64,000 nt of DNA from Abditibacterium sp. (GCA_965199495.1 CBDASK010000003.1:3232001-3296000), one strand, 5' to 3'; positions 18,671 through 32,889 are shown, numbered from the stretch's first letter. Numbers and translations are program-made. Notes: generated by a model not told the origin, from the letters alone.

Positions 18671-19489
18671 ATGTCCCAACCGATTTTCGAGTTGCGCAAC
18701 GCGACCTACAATTACAATAACGTGCCTGCGCTTCGCGAAGTCAATTTGCAAATTCAAGCTGGCCAGCGCATCGCGGTCTTGGGCGCCAACGGTTCGGGCA
18801 AATCCACGCTGTTGCGTTTGCTCGACGCGCTCTATTTCGTCAACGCGGGCCAGTTGCTTTTCGATGGTGCGCCCGTCACCGAAGAATCGCTGCAATCCGA
18901 TGAATTCGCCTTTGATTTTCGTCGGCGCGTCGGATTGGTTTTTCAAAATCCCGACGTTCAACTATTTAATCCGACGGTTTTCGACGAGGTCGCGTTTGGC
19001 CCGTTGCAATTGCGTTGGGAGAAAAATTTAATTCGAGAAAAAGTCGCGCAGACGATGGAGCAGATGGAAATCGCGCATCTCAAAGATCGTTCGCCGCATC
19101 GGTTGTCGGGCGGCGAAAAGCAGCGCGTGGCTCTGGCCTCGGTGCTGATTCTCGACCCCGAAGTTTTATTATTGGATGAACCAACCGCCGCGCTCGACCC
19201 GAAAAGCCAGAGCCAAATGGTAGATTTTTTGAGCGACCGTAGCCACGCCAAAACCATAATAACGGCGACGCACGATTTGGACATCATCGAAGAGATCGCC
19301 GATATTTGCCATGTTTTTCGGCAGGGACAACTCATCGCCAGCGCGCCGCCAGCCGCAATTTTGTCCGACGAAGCGTTGTTGCGCAGCACCAATCTCATCC
19401 GCTCGCATCGCCACCATCATGCAGCCACGGCGGCGCACTCGCATTCGCATGGGCGGCACGCGCACGAACATGGCGATTCTACATCGTAA
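18671..19489 (+). CDS. cbiO: ECF transporter ATPase (NikO/CbiO) with His-rich C-terminal tail
   Basis: GANGSGKST, FQNPD, LSGGEKQR, LLLDEP; tail SHRHHHAATAAHSHSHGRHAHEHG. Confidence 0.9.
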   Translation: MSQPIFELRNATYNYNNVPALREVNLQIQAGQRIAVLGANGSGKSTLLRLLDALYFVNAGQLLFDGAPVTEESLQSDEFAFDFRRRVGLVFQNPDVQLFNPTVFDEVAFGPLQLRWEKNLIREKVAQTMEQMEIAHLKDRSPHRLSGGEKQRVALASVLILDPEVLLLDEPTAALDPKSQSQMVDFLSDRSHAKTIITATHDLDIIEEIADICHVFRQGQLIASAPPAAILSDEALLRSTNLIRSHRHHHAATAAHSHSHGRHAHEHGDSTS

Positions 19490-19491
19490 AT

Positions 19492-19616
19492 TTTGATTTC
19501 ACGCAGAGACGCAGAGGGAACAAAGAACAACATTTAAAACCGAAGATTTATATTTTCTTTGTTTTTTGGTTTTTCTTCATTCTCTCTGCCTCTCTGCGTC
19601 TCTGCGTGAAATCAAA
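19492..19616. repeat. Inverted repeat, CACGCAGAGACGCAGAG family (25-bp arms, AT-rich spacer)
   Basis: TTTGATTTCACGCAGAGACGCAGAG ... CTCTGCGTCTCTGCGTGAAATCAAA. Confidence 0.85.
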
Positions 19617-19726
19617 CCGAAGTTTGCGAGTTTTGTTAAAATAGAAAGCGATCACGAGCAGGACGTGACGCCCAAAAGAGGCTTGTCGGCGAAGGGGCGC
19701 GCGCAGCGAAGGGATCACAACACAAT

Positions 19727-20914
19727 ATGAGCAACTTTTACTTCTCCTCGGAATCCGTCACCGAGGGCCATCCCGACAAGATGGCCGACCAAATTTCGGA
19801 CGCGGTCTTAGACGCGATCATCAAGCAAGACAAAAAAGCGCGCGTGGCTTGCGAAACATTTTTAGCCACCGGTATTGTTCTCGTCGGCGGCGAAATCACC
19901 ACCAAAACCTACGTTGACATTCAGACCATCGCGCGCAAAGTCATCAAAGACATCGGTTATAGCCGCGCCAAATACGGCTTCGATTTTCTGACGGCGGGCG
20001 TTTTGAACTGCATCGGCCAGCAAAGTCCCGACATCGCGCAGGGCGTCAATCAGGCCGAAGAGTCGCGCACCGAAGGTTCCAGCGACAACTACGATTCCAT
20101 CGGCGCAGGCGATCAGGGCTTGATGTTCGGTTATGCCACCAACGAGACGCCGTCTTTGATGCCGCTTCCGATTATGAAAGCGCACCAACTCGCCAAACAA
20201 TTGGCCGACGTGCGCAAAAACGGTTCGATCAAATGGCTGCGCCCCGACGGCAAATCGCAGGTCACCGTCCGCTACGAGAACGATAAACCGGTCGCGATTG
20301 ACAAGGTTTTGATTTCGACGCAGCATCATCCCGACGTTTCGCAAGAAGAGATTCGCGCGCAGATCATCGAACACGTCATCAAGCCGGTTTTGGGCGAGTA
20401 TTACCACGACGACATCGAAATTTTCGTCAACCCGACCGGACGTTTCGTCATCGGCGGCCCGCAGGGCGACGCCGGTTTGACGGGCCGCAAAATCATCGTT
20501 GATACCTACGGCGGCATGGGTCGCCACGGCGGCGGCGCGTTTTCGGGCAAAGACCCAACCAAAGTTGACCGCTCCGCGTGCTACATGATGCGTCACGTCG
20601 CCAAAAACATCGTGGCGTCTGGTTTGGCGGATCGCTGCGAAACCCAAGTCGCCTATGCGATTGGCCGCGCGCATCCGTTGTCGGTTTACGTCAACACGTT
20701 TGGCACCGGCAAAGCCGACGACGAGAAAATCGCCAAAGCTGTCGAGCAAGTTTTCGATCTGCGCCCCGCCGCCATCATCGAACATCTCGATTTGCTGCGC
20801 CCGATTTACCTCAAAACCGCCGCTTACGGCCATTTTGGCCGCGAAGACGACGACTTCACCTGGGAGAAAACCGATCACGGCGAAGCGTTGCAAAAAGCCG
20901 CGCAAGAGGCGTAG
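19727..20914 (+). CDS. metK: S-adenosylmethionine synthetase
   Basis: [39 protein letters not shown]. Confidence 0.98.
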   Translation: MSNFYFSSESVTEGHPDKMADQISDAVLDAIIKQDKKARVACETFLATGIVLVGGEITTKTYVDIQTIARKVIKDIGYSRAKYGFDFLTAGVLNCIGQQSPDIAQGVNQAEESRTEGSSDNYDSIGAGDQGLMFGYATNETPSLMPLPIMKAHQLAKQLADVRKNGSIKWLRPDGKSQVTVRYENDKPVAIDKVLISTQHHPDVSQEEIRAQIIEHVIKPVLGEYYHDDIEIFVNPTGRFVIGGPQGDAGLTGRKIIVDTYGGMGRHGGGAFSGKDPTKVDRSACYMMRHVAKNIVASGLADRCETQVAYAIGRAHPLSVYVNTFGTGKADDEKIAKAVEQVFDLRPAAIIEHLDLLRPIYLKTAAYGHFGREDDDFTWEKTDHGEALQKAAQEA

Positions 20915-20929
20915 ATTTGGAGTTGTGAA

Positions 20930-20963
20930 AAAAGAGCGAATCGCAATTGCGGTTCGCTCTTTT
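20930..20963. terminator. Bidirectional intrinsic terminator between metK and the GNAT gene
   Basis: AAAAGAGCGAATCGC-AATT-GCGGTTCGCTCTTTT between convergent genes. Confidence 0.8.
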
Positions 20964-20965
20964 GT

Positions 20966-21451
20966 TTATTTAACGGTCACTTTTTCCAGCATCAGGCGCG
21001 TAGGATTATCTGGGCGAAATCCGATTTCTCTCCAGTGCTGGCTTTGGTAGAACCGGCGAGCGCGTTGGTTGCTCGCATCCACGCTGAGTCGCGCCATGAG
21101 AAAATTGCGCTCAGCGAAATGCTGACAGGCATATCCGTCTAAAAGTGGCGCCCAACCCAAACCCCGATAATTTGGTGCGAGATAAAGAAAGTGAACGTAA
21201 CCCACGGGTTCTTCGAAGAAGCGCCCCAGATGAAGTTGCCCAACAATTGTTTTTTCGTGCCAGACATGTAGACAACTGCGCGGGTTATCGGCCAGTTTTA
21301 CGGCGATTTTCTCCAAAAAATATGTGCCTCGTTGCGCATCATCCGCGCTTGTCTTCTCGCCCGAACTGATCCAATTCATATCGCGTTCAAATTCCAGACA
21401 AGTGGACGCGTCCATTTCTAAATTTATAGGTTCAAATCGGAGCGAACTCAT
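20966..21451 (-). CDS. GNAT family N-acetyltransferase
   Basis: LYLAPNYRGLGWA, NQRARRFYQSQHW. Confidence 0.8.
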   Translation of the reverse strand: MSSLRFEPINLEMDASTCLEFERDMNWISSGEKTSADDAQRGTYFLEKIAVKLADNPRSCLHVWHEKTIVGQLHLGRFFEEPVGYVHFLYLAPNYRGLGWAPLLDGYACQHFAERNFLMARLSVDASNQRARRFYQSQHWREIGFRPDNPTRLMLEKVTVK

Positions 21452-21527
21452 ATTTTGCAGTATAAGCGTTTGTCGGTTTATCAAATACCCGCAATCCAAC
21501 GCGCAAATGCTTGGAGCCGCGTATGAT

Positions 21528-23375
21528 TTAAAACTCGTCCACGACAACTAAACCATCCAAAACACGAAAGGTAATGCGCGGTGGCTCGTAGTCGGGGCTG
21601 ACTTTGTAGAAAAATTTGGCGTCATTGGTCACGACGTAGGCGCCGGTTGCGCGCGCTTCGCGGGCCAAAATTTCGTCGGCCTCGACGCCTTTGTCGGTGA
21701 TGAGTATTTCGCCTTGGCGCGCCATTTCGCGCAGTTCGGCGGGCTGGTCAATGTTATAGGGCAACGACGCGTCGGCGACGAAAATTATCGGCCAGCAATC
21801 GAGACGTTGCAACTCTTGCCGCATTAGTTGCAAATATTTCAGTTGGCCTTTGCCGTAGCGATTATTCAAAAAGCGCGCGACGTTGGAGGCGTCCACCAAA
21901 ACGCGGCTGGTGCGGTGCGTCAAAACGCGCGCGTAATGCGTTCCGGCCAGACTTAATCGTTCCAGAAATCGCTTGCGCAATTCGGGATTGGTGTCGCGCA
22001 GAAACTCCAGTTCCAACATCACTTTGCCGACGCGTTCTTCATCGTTTTTGTCAATTAATCGTCGCACTTCGCGCGCGGTTAAACGGATACGATGGCCCTG
22101 CGCCTGCCACTCGAATATCTCATCCAATGGCGAAGGTCGCGAAACTTTGACCGGGCGATTGGGCGCGTCCTGCGTGGTTGGCGGCGACGAAACCGCGTCC
22201 ACCGCTTTGGTTTTTGCCGCCGGTTTATCGCCATTTAATTCGCTCAATTTCGCTTCGAGCGCGACGACTTTGCGGCGCTCTTCCTCGCGCGATTGGGCGC
22301 TTTGGCGCAACTGCTTTTTTCCGCGTTTGTTGTCGAGTTCGAGTTCTTCGATTTGGCTTTGCAACGCGCGCACGCGCCGCTCTTCGCGCGCTTCGAGCTT
22401 ATTCAGTTCGCCATATTTATCAGCCCATTTTTGTTCAATTTGCTCCAATTTTTTGGCGAAGTTCTTCGCCTTTTTCTCCTCGCGCTTTTGCAAATTGGCG
22501 ATTTCATTTTCTAACGATTTGATTTTGCTTCTGGCACTCGCCTGACTATTCAAATTTTCGCGCGCGCCCGCGAGTTGCGTTTCCATTTGCGCTAATCGTT
22601 CGCGTAATTTATCGGCTTCTGCGCGCCAAAAATCGGGCGATTCTCCATCGAGTTGCGGCTCTTCAATCGGCGCTTCAACAGGCGCGGCTTGCAAGATTTG
22701 CGATAAATTTTCGGCGTCGCTAAGAATGTCGAGCAACTGGCGAAACAACGCCGTGTCGCCGCCGATAGCGACGCCAGCAGCCACGGCGTCCGGCCCAAAG
22801 CTGCGAATGAGCGAGGGCAAGCGCCCCGCCGCCGTGGCTACATCGCACGGCGCGGCGAGAATGGACAAAATCGGTGGTTGCGGCGTCTGGTGCGCCCACA
22901 GCAACAGCAATAAATGCAACTCTTCGGGATGTTTTTCCAGCCAGACCGCGAACCGTTTTTGCACTGGCTCGCGCCGTAAACTGCCCGGCGCCTGTTGAAA
23001 CCCGCGCAACGCCTCATATTTGAGCGGCCCCAATTCGTCGGCGCTCAAGTGTTTCCACAAAATTTTGCCGGGAATATCTGACACCAACCAGCGCGTCGCT
23101 AATAAAGGGAAATGGCGCGCGATCCACAATTGCGGCGCCAAGTTATCGGCCCAATTCTCATCGGCGTCGGCCAGAGTCGTCACGCGTTTGAGCGCGCGCT
23201 TTTGATACGCTTCGTTATCGAAATCGCGCCATTCATCGTCGTTTGGATTGTAAATGTCCGCGTTCAACGGCGGCGCACTTTCGGACGATGCTTCGTTGGT
23301 TTTAATGTCGGGCGTTGAAGTGAGAGTTTCCTGTTGCGAGTTATCAAATAAGGGTGCGGGCGCGCGTGTGGACAT
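21528..23375 (-). CDS. Coiled-coil protein with C-terminal PIN/NYN (Zc3h12a-like) ribonuclease domain
   Basis: Long central heptad region; VLVDASNVA...ADAS...EADEIL...YVVTND acidic catalytic pattern. Confidence 0.75.
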   Translation of the reverse strand: MSTRAPAPLFDNSQQETLTSTPDIKTNEASSESAPPLNADIYNPNDDEWRDFDNEAYQKRALKRVTTLADADENWADNLAPQLWIARHFPLLATRWLVSDIPGKILWKHLSADELGPLKYEALRGFQQAPGSLRREPVQKRFAVWLEKHPEELHLLLLLWAHQTPQPPILSILAAPCDVATAAGRLPSLIRSFGPDAVAAGVAIGGDTALFRQLLDILSDAENLSQILQAAPVEAPIEEPQLDGESPDFWRAEADKLRERLAQMETQLAGARENLNSQASARSKIKSLENEIANLQKREEKKAKNFAKKLEQIEQKWADKYGELNKLEAREERRVRALQSQIEELELDNKRGKKQLRQSAQSREEERRKVVALEAKLSELNGDKPAAKTKAVDAVSSPPTTQDAPNRPVKVSRPSPLDEIFEWQAQGHRIRLTAREVRRLIDKNDEERVGKVMLELEFLRDTNPELRKRFLERLSLAGTHYARVLTHRTSRVLVDASNVARFLNNRYGKGQLKYLQLMRQELQRLDCWPIIFVADASLPYNIDQPAELREMARQGEILITDKGVEADEILAREARATGAYVVTNDAKFFYKVSPDYEPPRITFRVLDGLVVVDEF

Positions 23376-23473
23376 AATTTAAGTATGCGCCAAAAGCGCG
23401 CCTGACCCCGATAGAAATTAAAACGGCGCGGCACAAAAATGTGCTGCGGCGCCAAAAAACATCTATTTTGGTC

Positions 23474-24448
23474 TCAAAAAACTGGCGCTAAAATATCCCC
23501 TTTATCCGTTGCTTGAAACGTAATTGGATTGGCGACGGGCGCGCCGCTGTTGTTTATTCCGTCGGGGCCGACCGAATAAACCGTGTGGCCTTTTCGCTGA
23601 AACCGTCCCGCGCTAAACGGATCGAGCGGCAACGGCGCGTTAGCCAATTTGTTTTCCAATCGGTCGGCGCGCGCCCGCAACGCCGCGACGACGAGCAATC
23701 GCTGCGTTTTGGCTTTGGCCCACAAAAATCGGCTGGCGGCATAAGATGTCGCGTAATTCTTCGAGTAGGTATCGAGAGCAACCGTCGGCTTTTGCGCGAC
23801 CGAATTATAAGGTTTGTCCGCGCCTTGAATCAGTTGATTATAATAATCCGCGATATTGATTTTGACCTGCGCAGTCGAAGTCTGGCGCAAAACCGTTTTT
23901 TCCTGTGGAGTGAAACCCAGACCATTTATTGTGATTTGCCAGTTTTTTGGAGTTTTGGAAGCGTCGTCCACTTGCTTCAGCTCTTCAGCTTTCTGATTGA
24001 CGAGAATTTGCTTATACGTAAATAATTTGGTGTCTTGAGATTCGAGTTGCGCCGCGAAGCCCCGCGCCGTGTCTGCATCAAGTCGCGAGGCGATGCGCCC
24101 AATATCTTTTAACGCCATTGACTGAATTCCATAAAAAGAAAGCGTGGTCAGATTGGTGATTTTGAGATTCTTCCATTCGAGAATCTCCAAACGCTCGCCC
24201 ATCGCGGCTTTGTAATCGCCAACCTTGAGGCTCGCCTCCGAGTCAGCTTTCAACTTCTGGGCCTCGTTGAGCCGAACCGTGCCGAACATCGCATACGTTT
24301 CAGCTACAAAACCATCTATTTTGGCTTGCACCTTTTTCTGTTTGGCAATAGCTCTTTGGCGAGGCTTGACCAAAATCATAGCAACGCCCGCAAGTAGAAT
24401 CACAAGACCTAAATATGCCACCCAAACGAAACGTTTTTGCACACTCAA
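23474..24448 (-). CDS. Hypothetical membrane-anchored protein; start uncertain (TTG 24448 or GTG 24442)
   Basis: N-terminal TM segment; C-terminal LPLDPFS...VYSVGPDG resembles pseudopilin GspG C-termini. Confidence 0.6.
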   Translation of the reverse strand: MSVQKRFVWVAYLGLVILLAGVAMILVKPRQRAIAKQKKVQAKIDGFVAETYAMFGTVRLNEAQKLKADSEASLKVGDYKAAMGERLEILEWKNLKITNLTTLSFYGIQSMALKDIGRIASRLDADTARGFAAQLESQDTKLFTYKQILVNQKAEELKQVDDASKTPKNWQITINGLGFTPQEKTVLRQTSTAQVKINIADYYNQLIQGADKPYNSVAQKPTVALDTYSKNYATSYAASRFLWAKAKTQRLLVVAALRARADRLENKLANAPLPLDPFSAGRFQRKGHTVYSVGPDGINNSGAPVANPITFQATDKGDILAPVF

Positions 24449-24465
24449 AGTATAAATGAGCCATA

Positions 24466-24503
24466 AAAAATCCGCATTCAGATCGCTCTGAATGCGGATT
24501 TTT
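24466..24503 (-). terminator. Intrinsic terminator of acnA
   Basis: AAAAATCCGCATTCAGA-TCGC-TCTGAATGCGGATTTTT. Confidence 0.8.
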
Positions 24504-24515
24504 ATTCGCGTAATT

Positions 24516-28919
<4,404 letters not shown>

Positions 28920-28970
28920 ATTCTGCTCTTTAGTTTTAACGCATTTTGCGCGCCGATGACTGAGAAATTC

Positions 28971-29791
28971 TCAACAACACTGCGCGTTGAGCCAGCATTT
29001 GTCCCAATCGCGCGCTTTTAGATCGTCGCGGTGCATCAGATAAAACATCGCTCCGGTATCGCCCCACATCCAGTCTATTTCTTTGTCGATGTCCATTTGA
29101 AGCAACACGATCCAATCATCGAGTGTGCCACGTCCCGTCCAATTCGCAGTCTCATAACGCGCGTCGTTTTGGATGATGTGCGGATGATTGAGCATTGCCA
29201 GAGAATGACGCGACTTCTCGAATTTCTCCAGCAACTCTTCCCACTGCCCTTCCTCTTCCTCGGTGAATTCGTCGTCTTCGGCATTGATCCAAAATGTCGA
29301 AGTCGGAACACTGCAAAAGATTTGCGGCTTTACGGTCGCGGTTTGCAGCCCATGCGAAATTTGCGCTTGCTCTGGCACCTGAGCGCGCTCTAAATCTCCC
29401 TCAAAATGAAAAACGCGCCAGCCTCCTTCATCGGCCATTTCGCCAAACGGCCAATCGCCGTCCTCGTTCATGTCGTAGAAAAACGACAATACGCCCGAAC
29501 TCGGCAATTGGTTTTCAATATCAAACGGCGCGATTTCAGCGAGATTGATTTGCGCCATAAACACGAGCGGCGCATCGTCTCGCATCGGCCACGCGAAACC
29601 ATCGGGCACATCGGGCGCGCCGCCGAACTTACTGGCGCCAATCGCAATCTCATCGTCATCGGCGCGCGTGGCTGCTAACGCGATGGCGGGTAACAATCGT
29701 TCGATAACGGCGTCTTGCAAGCGGGCGCGTGTTGGCGAATCAGGTTTTCGGCTTCGAGTCGCGACTGTGCGAACGTTTCGGCGGGCGTCAT
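28971..29791 (-). pseudogene. YwqG/DUF1963 family gene with apparent frameshift near the 5' end
   Basis: SKFGGAPDVP, FMAQINL, LPSSGVLSFFY, WMWGDTG. The ATG at 29791 has a GAGG RBS but is out of frame with the main ORF 28971-29720. Confidence 0.65.
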
Positions 29792-29831
29792 TTCGCGCCT
29801 CAGTTTATGAGAATCGTTTTAAAATTAGGAC

Positions 29832-30899
29832 TTACGCAGAAGCCAAGTTGATGGTAGGTCTTTTGAGTTGTTGAACGAGGTAGTCTCGCAGCAAGCCGTG
29901 CTTGAGTTGGTAGACGTTTGTGAGATTGCGGTGAGCAATGGCGGTCAATCGTGTCCAGACCAAAAGCGCGCAGTGGACGTGGTTACGCTGAATGCGAGCT
30001 TTGCGGCATTGGCAGCTCTCGATGCCTGTGAGTTGCTTGATTTCTCGGTGATACTGCTCAATCTTCCAGCGCACGGCACACACCTTTCGTGTCTCTTGCG
30101 TGGAATCCTGAGACAAGTCGTTGGTCACGACGTAGTCCGTGCGGCTGGAAGAAACCGGCACCCGGAACAGTTGCACCTTGAACTCTTTAGCAAACCCATA
30201 AACCTTGATCTTTTTGCCCGTTTGTAACTCTGCTTCGCTCCACTCCAACTCACTCACCGCGCGGTAAGGTCGCTCACCAAAGCTATCATCGACTTTGCGG
30301 TTGCTTTTGAGCGGACAGTAGAACAGCTTCTTGTCGGCACCGGCACCGGCACCGGCACCGGCACTGTCCTCCTGTTGGGTGTTTTGGTGCCAGTTCTCGA
30401 TTGTCCACATCAGGTGTTTGGTGGCATACCACGAGTCCATCAGCACGGTTTGAAACGGAATTGCCCGCGCCTTGATGCTTTGCAGCATCTCTTCGACATG
30501 GTCGAGCTTGCTTTTGCCGTCGCCATCGGGGTCGAAGATGCGGTAGTCAATGACCCAAAACTGCTCGGTTTCGGGATGGACATAGAGGCACGAGACCAGA
30601 CCGATACCGCGCACGATACCATGAGCGTTGCCGCTCCATTGTCTGCGCGTGGTCTCGATAGAGGGGCCAAAGCTCTTGTCCAACACCGTGTCGTCGAACA
30701 CGATAAACCCACTCGCGCACGGCTGGTAAACTTCGCGCACGTTCTCCCACAACAAACGCGGGGTGAGCTTCTCCCCGCGCAGGTAGCGGTTGAGACGGTC
30801 ATGGGACAGCTCTTCCACATGAGCGGCCATGTTAGTCAAGGTGTAATTGACCGGGCTGCTCAGAAGATATTGGCAGTAATCCAGTTTGCTCAAACTCAT
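29832..30899 (-). CDS. IS701-family DDE transposase
   Basis: IVFDDTVLDK, VLMDSWYA, RWKIEQYHREIKQ; stop codon lies inside the IR. Confidence 0.92.
   Translation of the reverse strand: MSLSKLDYCQYLLSSPVNYTLTNMAAHVEELSHDRLNRYLRGEKLTPRLLWENVREVYQPCASGFIVFDDTVLDKSFGPSIETTRRQWSGNAHGIVRGIGLVSCLYVHPETEQFWVIDYRIFDPDGDGKSKLDHVEEMLQSIKARAIPFQTVLMDSWYATKHLMWTIENWHQNTQQEDSAGAGAGAGADKKLFYCPLKSNRKVDDSFGERPYRAVSELEWSEAELQTGKKIKVYGFAKEFKVQLFRVPVSSSRTDYVVTNDLSQDSTQETRKVCAVRWKIEQYHREIKQLTGIESCQCRKARIQRNHVHCALLVWTRLTAIAHRNLTNVYQLKHGLLRDYLVQQLKRPTINLASA
30335..30364. repeat. (CGGCAC)x5 tandem repeat inside the transposase gene, encoding an Ala-Gly tract
   Basis: CGGCACCGGCACCGGCACCGGCACCGGCAC. Confidence 0.9.
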
Positions 30900-30980
30900 C
30901 AGAAAAAGTCTAAATCAACGCCCCTGCGTAAGTCCTAAAAATGCAACGCGATTTATCGTTCAATCGCCTTGATTGTTATT

Positions 30981-31412
30981 ATGGAGCCGACCCGCAAACC
31001 GCATCGTCCGCCGCCCGTTTTCAATCCCAGCGGCTTACCAGCCACGCCGCCGCCCTCGCCCGCGCCAACGCATGCTTCCGATCCGAGCGCGCCGGTAAAA
31101 GTTAAGCCTTACCACGGTTCGTGTCCCAACTGCGAACACGGTTCGATGTTTCCGCTCGTGCGGTTCTTCGAGACCGATGTCAACGAAAACCCGACGGCTG
31201 ATGCGATTATGCCCAACAAAATGGGCGCGCGATTATTTCCCGGTTTGAGTCTGGCGATCATGCTCGTCAGTTGGATCGGCGGCATGACGTGGGACAAAAA
31301 TCGCGTCGCGCGGGGCCGTCTCAAAGTGCGAAAAGCGCGCGCCGAGATTTTGCCGCACAATCCGCAAGCGGTGATTTGCCCGCAGTGTTACGAAGTTTTG
31401 GAACGGTTTTGA
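30981..31412 (+). CDS. Hypothetical protein with Pro-rich N-terminus, two CxxC pairs and one hydrophobic segment
   Basis: CPNC ... CPQC; host-like codon usage. Confidence 0.6.
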   Translation: MEPTRKPHRPPPVFNPSGLPATPPPSPAPTHASDPSAPVKVKPYHGSCPNCEHGSMFPLVRFFETDVNENPTADAIMPNKMGARLFPGLSLAIMLVSWIGGMTWDKNRVARGRLKVRKARAEILPHNPQAVICPQCYEVLERF

Positions 31413-31421
31413 TGGATCGTG

Positions 31422-31528
31422 GCTTCCGTAGAGACACCGATTTATCGTGTCTAAAACGCAATATTCGCCATTAAATTGAAAGCCAGTTCAACGTTTTAGA
31501 CACGATAAATCGGTGTCTCTACGGAAGC
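31422..31528. repeat. GTAG-type REP doublet, family B copy 1 (37-bp arms)
   Basis: GCTTCCGTAGAGACACCGATTTATCGTGTCTAAAACG and its reverse complement, between convergent genes. Confidence 0.9.
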
Positions 31529-31530
31529 AT

Positions 31531-32373
31531 TCACCCGACCGGTTGTGCCAATCGTTGAATGCGGTTGACGAAATCTTCGTCATAGGCATCGAGCGCGACT
31601 TTCTCGACTTCGACGGCGATTTCGGGTTCTTGATCGTTGCGCATTTGCGCGAACAGCAAAAGCGTTTGATAACTCGCGTTGGTCGGCTTCATCTGCGCGG
31701 CCTGCTTGAAGTGAGTCACGGCGGCATCAGTCTGGTCAGCGCGCAAACAGGCGGCGGCCAATCTCAACCGATAATACTCGTCGCGCGGCGCCAGTTCGGT
31801 GGCGCGCTCCATCATTTTTACCGAATCGCCCGCGCGGTTCATCAGCCGATATAAGTCGCCCAGATGAAAATGATAAAACGCGTCGCGCGGCTCCAATTCC
31901 AGAATCGTCAAAAGTTGCGCTTCGGCGCGTTCGTATAAACCCATCGTGGCCAGAGCCACGGCCAGTTTCCAGCGCAAAAACGGCTGCTTGGGCCGCGAAC
32001 GCACGGCGCGTTCGTAACTGCGCACCGCCGCCGCACTGCGCGCAAAGGTGATGCACAAATCGCCCAATCCGACATAAGCATCGGTCAATTCTTCCTCGTC
32101 GGCTTCGGTGTTTTCGCGGGCTTCGAGCGCGCGCTGGTAAAGCTGAAAGGCCTTGTGATGCAGATCGTTGGCGGCGTAACCTTCGGCTAAACGCGTTAAT
32201 CTTTCGGGCGATTCAGGGTTGAGACGGGCGGCTTTTTTATAGTTTTCGAGGGCGCCCGCGAAGTCGCCATCGTCGCCGCGCAGGTCTCCGGCGACGGAGT
32301 GCAAGCGGGCTTTTTCGTCAAGGGTTAATGGTTTTTCTTCGGAAGTGTTCGACATAACGGCAGCTTCATTCAT
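31531..32373 (-). CDS. Tetratricopeptide repeat protein
   Basis: Several TPR-like units (ALENYKKAARLNP, YERAVRSRP, MERATELAP). Confidence 0.85.
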   Translation of the reverse strand: MNEAAVMSNTSEEKPLTLDEKARLHSVAGDLRGDDGDFAGALENYKKAARLNPESPERLTRLAEGYAANDLHHKAFQLYQRALEARENTEADEEELTDAYVGLGDLCITFARSAAAVRSYERAVRSRPKQPFLRWKLAVALATMGLYERAEAQLLTILELEPRDAFYHFHLGDLYRLMNRAGDSVKMMERATELAPRDEYYRLRLAAACLRADQTDAAVTHFKQAAQMKPTNASYQTLLLFAQMRNDQEPEIAVEVEKVALDAYDEDFVNRIQRLAQPVG

Positions 32374-32444
32374 GGCGCGAAAAGACGCACCAACACGCGT
32401 TTCGTGCCGCAGCGATTCCAGTCGAGCGCACCAAAACAGCGTTA

Positions 32445-32882
32445 CTAAAATTCCAATGTGAGCGTAAATGGCCCATCGTTTTCGACTTGGACGCGCATCT
32501 CGGCGCCAAAGCGTCCGGTCTGCACGGGCACATTTTGCTCGCGTAAAAGTGTAGCAAGCAACTCAAACAGCCGGTTCGCTTCGTCGGGCCGCGCCGCACT
32601 GGTAAACGCCGGGCGCGCGCCCTTTTTCAATTCGCCGCACAACGTGAAATTCGAGACCAGTAATACTGAGCCGCCGACCTGTTCCAGATTCCAGTTGAAT
32701 TTGCCATCTTCATCGTCGAACACGCGCAGCGCCGCGATTTTGCTGGCGCATTTGCGGGCATTGTCGTCGGTATCGGTTTGGGTAACGCCGACGAAAACAA
32801 CCAAACCGCGCTCGATGTGCGCGATGGTTTGGTTTTCGACGACGACAGACGCGGCGTGGCTGCGTTGGATGACGAGTTTCAT
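32445..32882 (-). CDS. dtd: D-aminoacyl-tRNA deacylase
   Basis: MKLVIQRS, VSNFTL, GRFGAEMRV, NDGPFT. Confidence 0.95.
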   Translation of the reverse strand: MKLVIQRSHAASVVVENQTIAHIERGLVVFVGVTQTDTDDNARKCASKIAALRVFDDEDGKFNWNLEQVGGSVLLVSNFTLCGELKKGARPAFTSAARPDEANRLFELLATLLREQNVPVQTGRFGAEMRVQVENDGPFTLTLEF

Positions 32883-32889
32883 ATTTCTT

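Larger units (their letters stand above)
29826..30937. mobile_element. IS701-family insertion sequence (1112 bp)
   Basis: 14-bp perfect terminal IRs TAGGACTTACGCAG/CTGCGTAAGTCCTA, flanked by direct repeat AAAAT (29821-29825 and 30938-30942). Confidence 0.9.
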
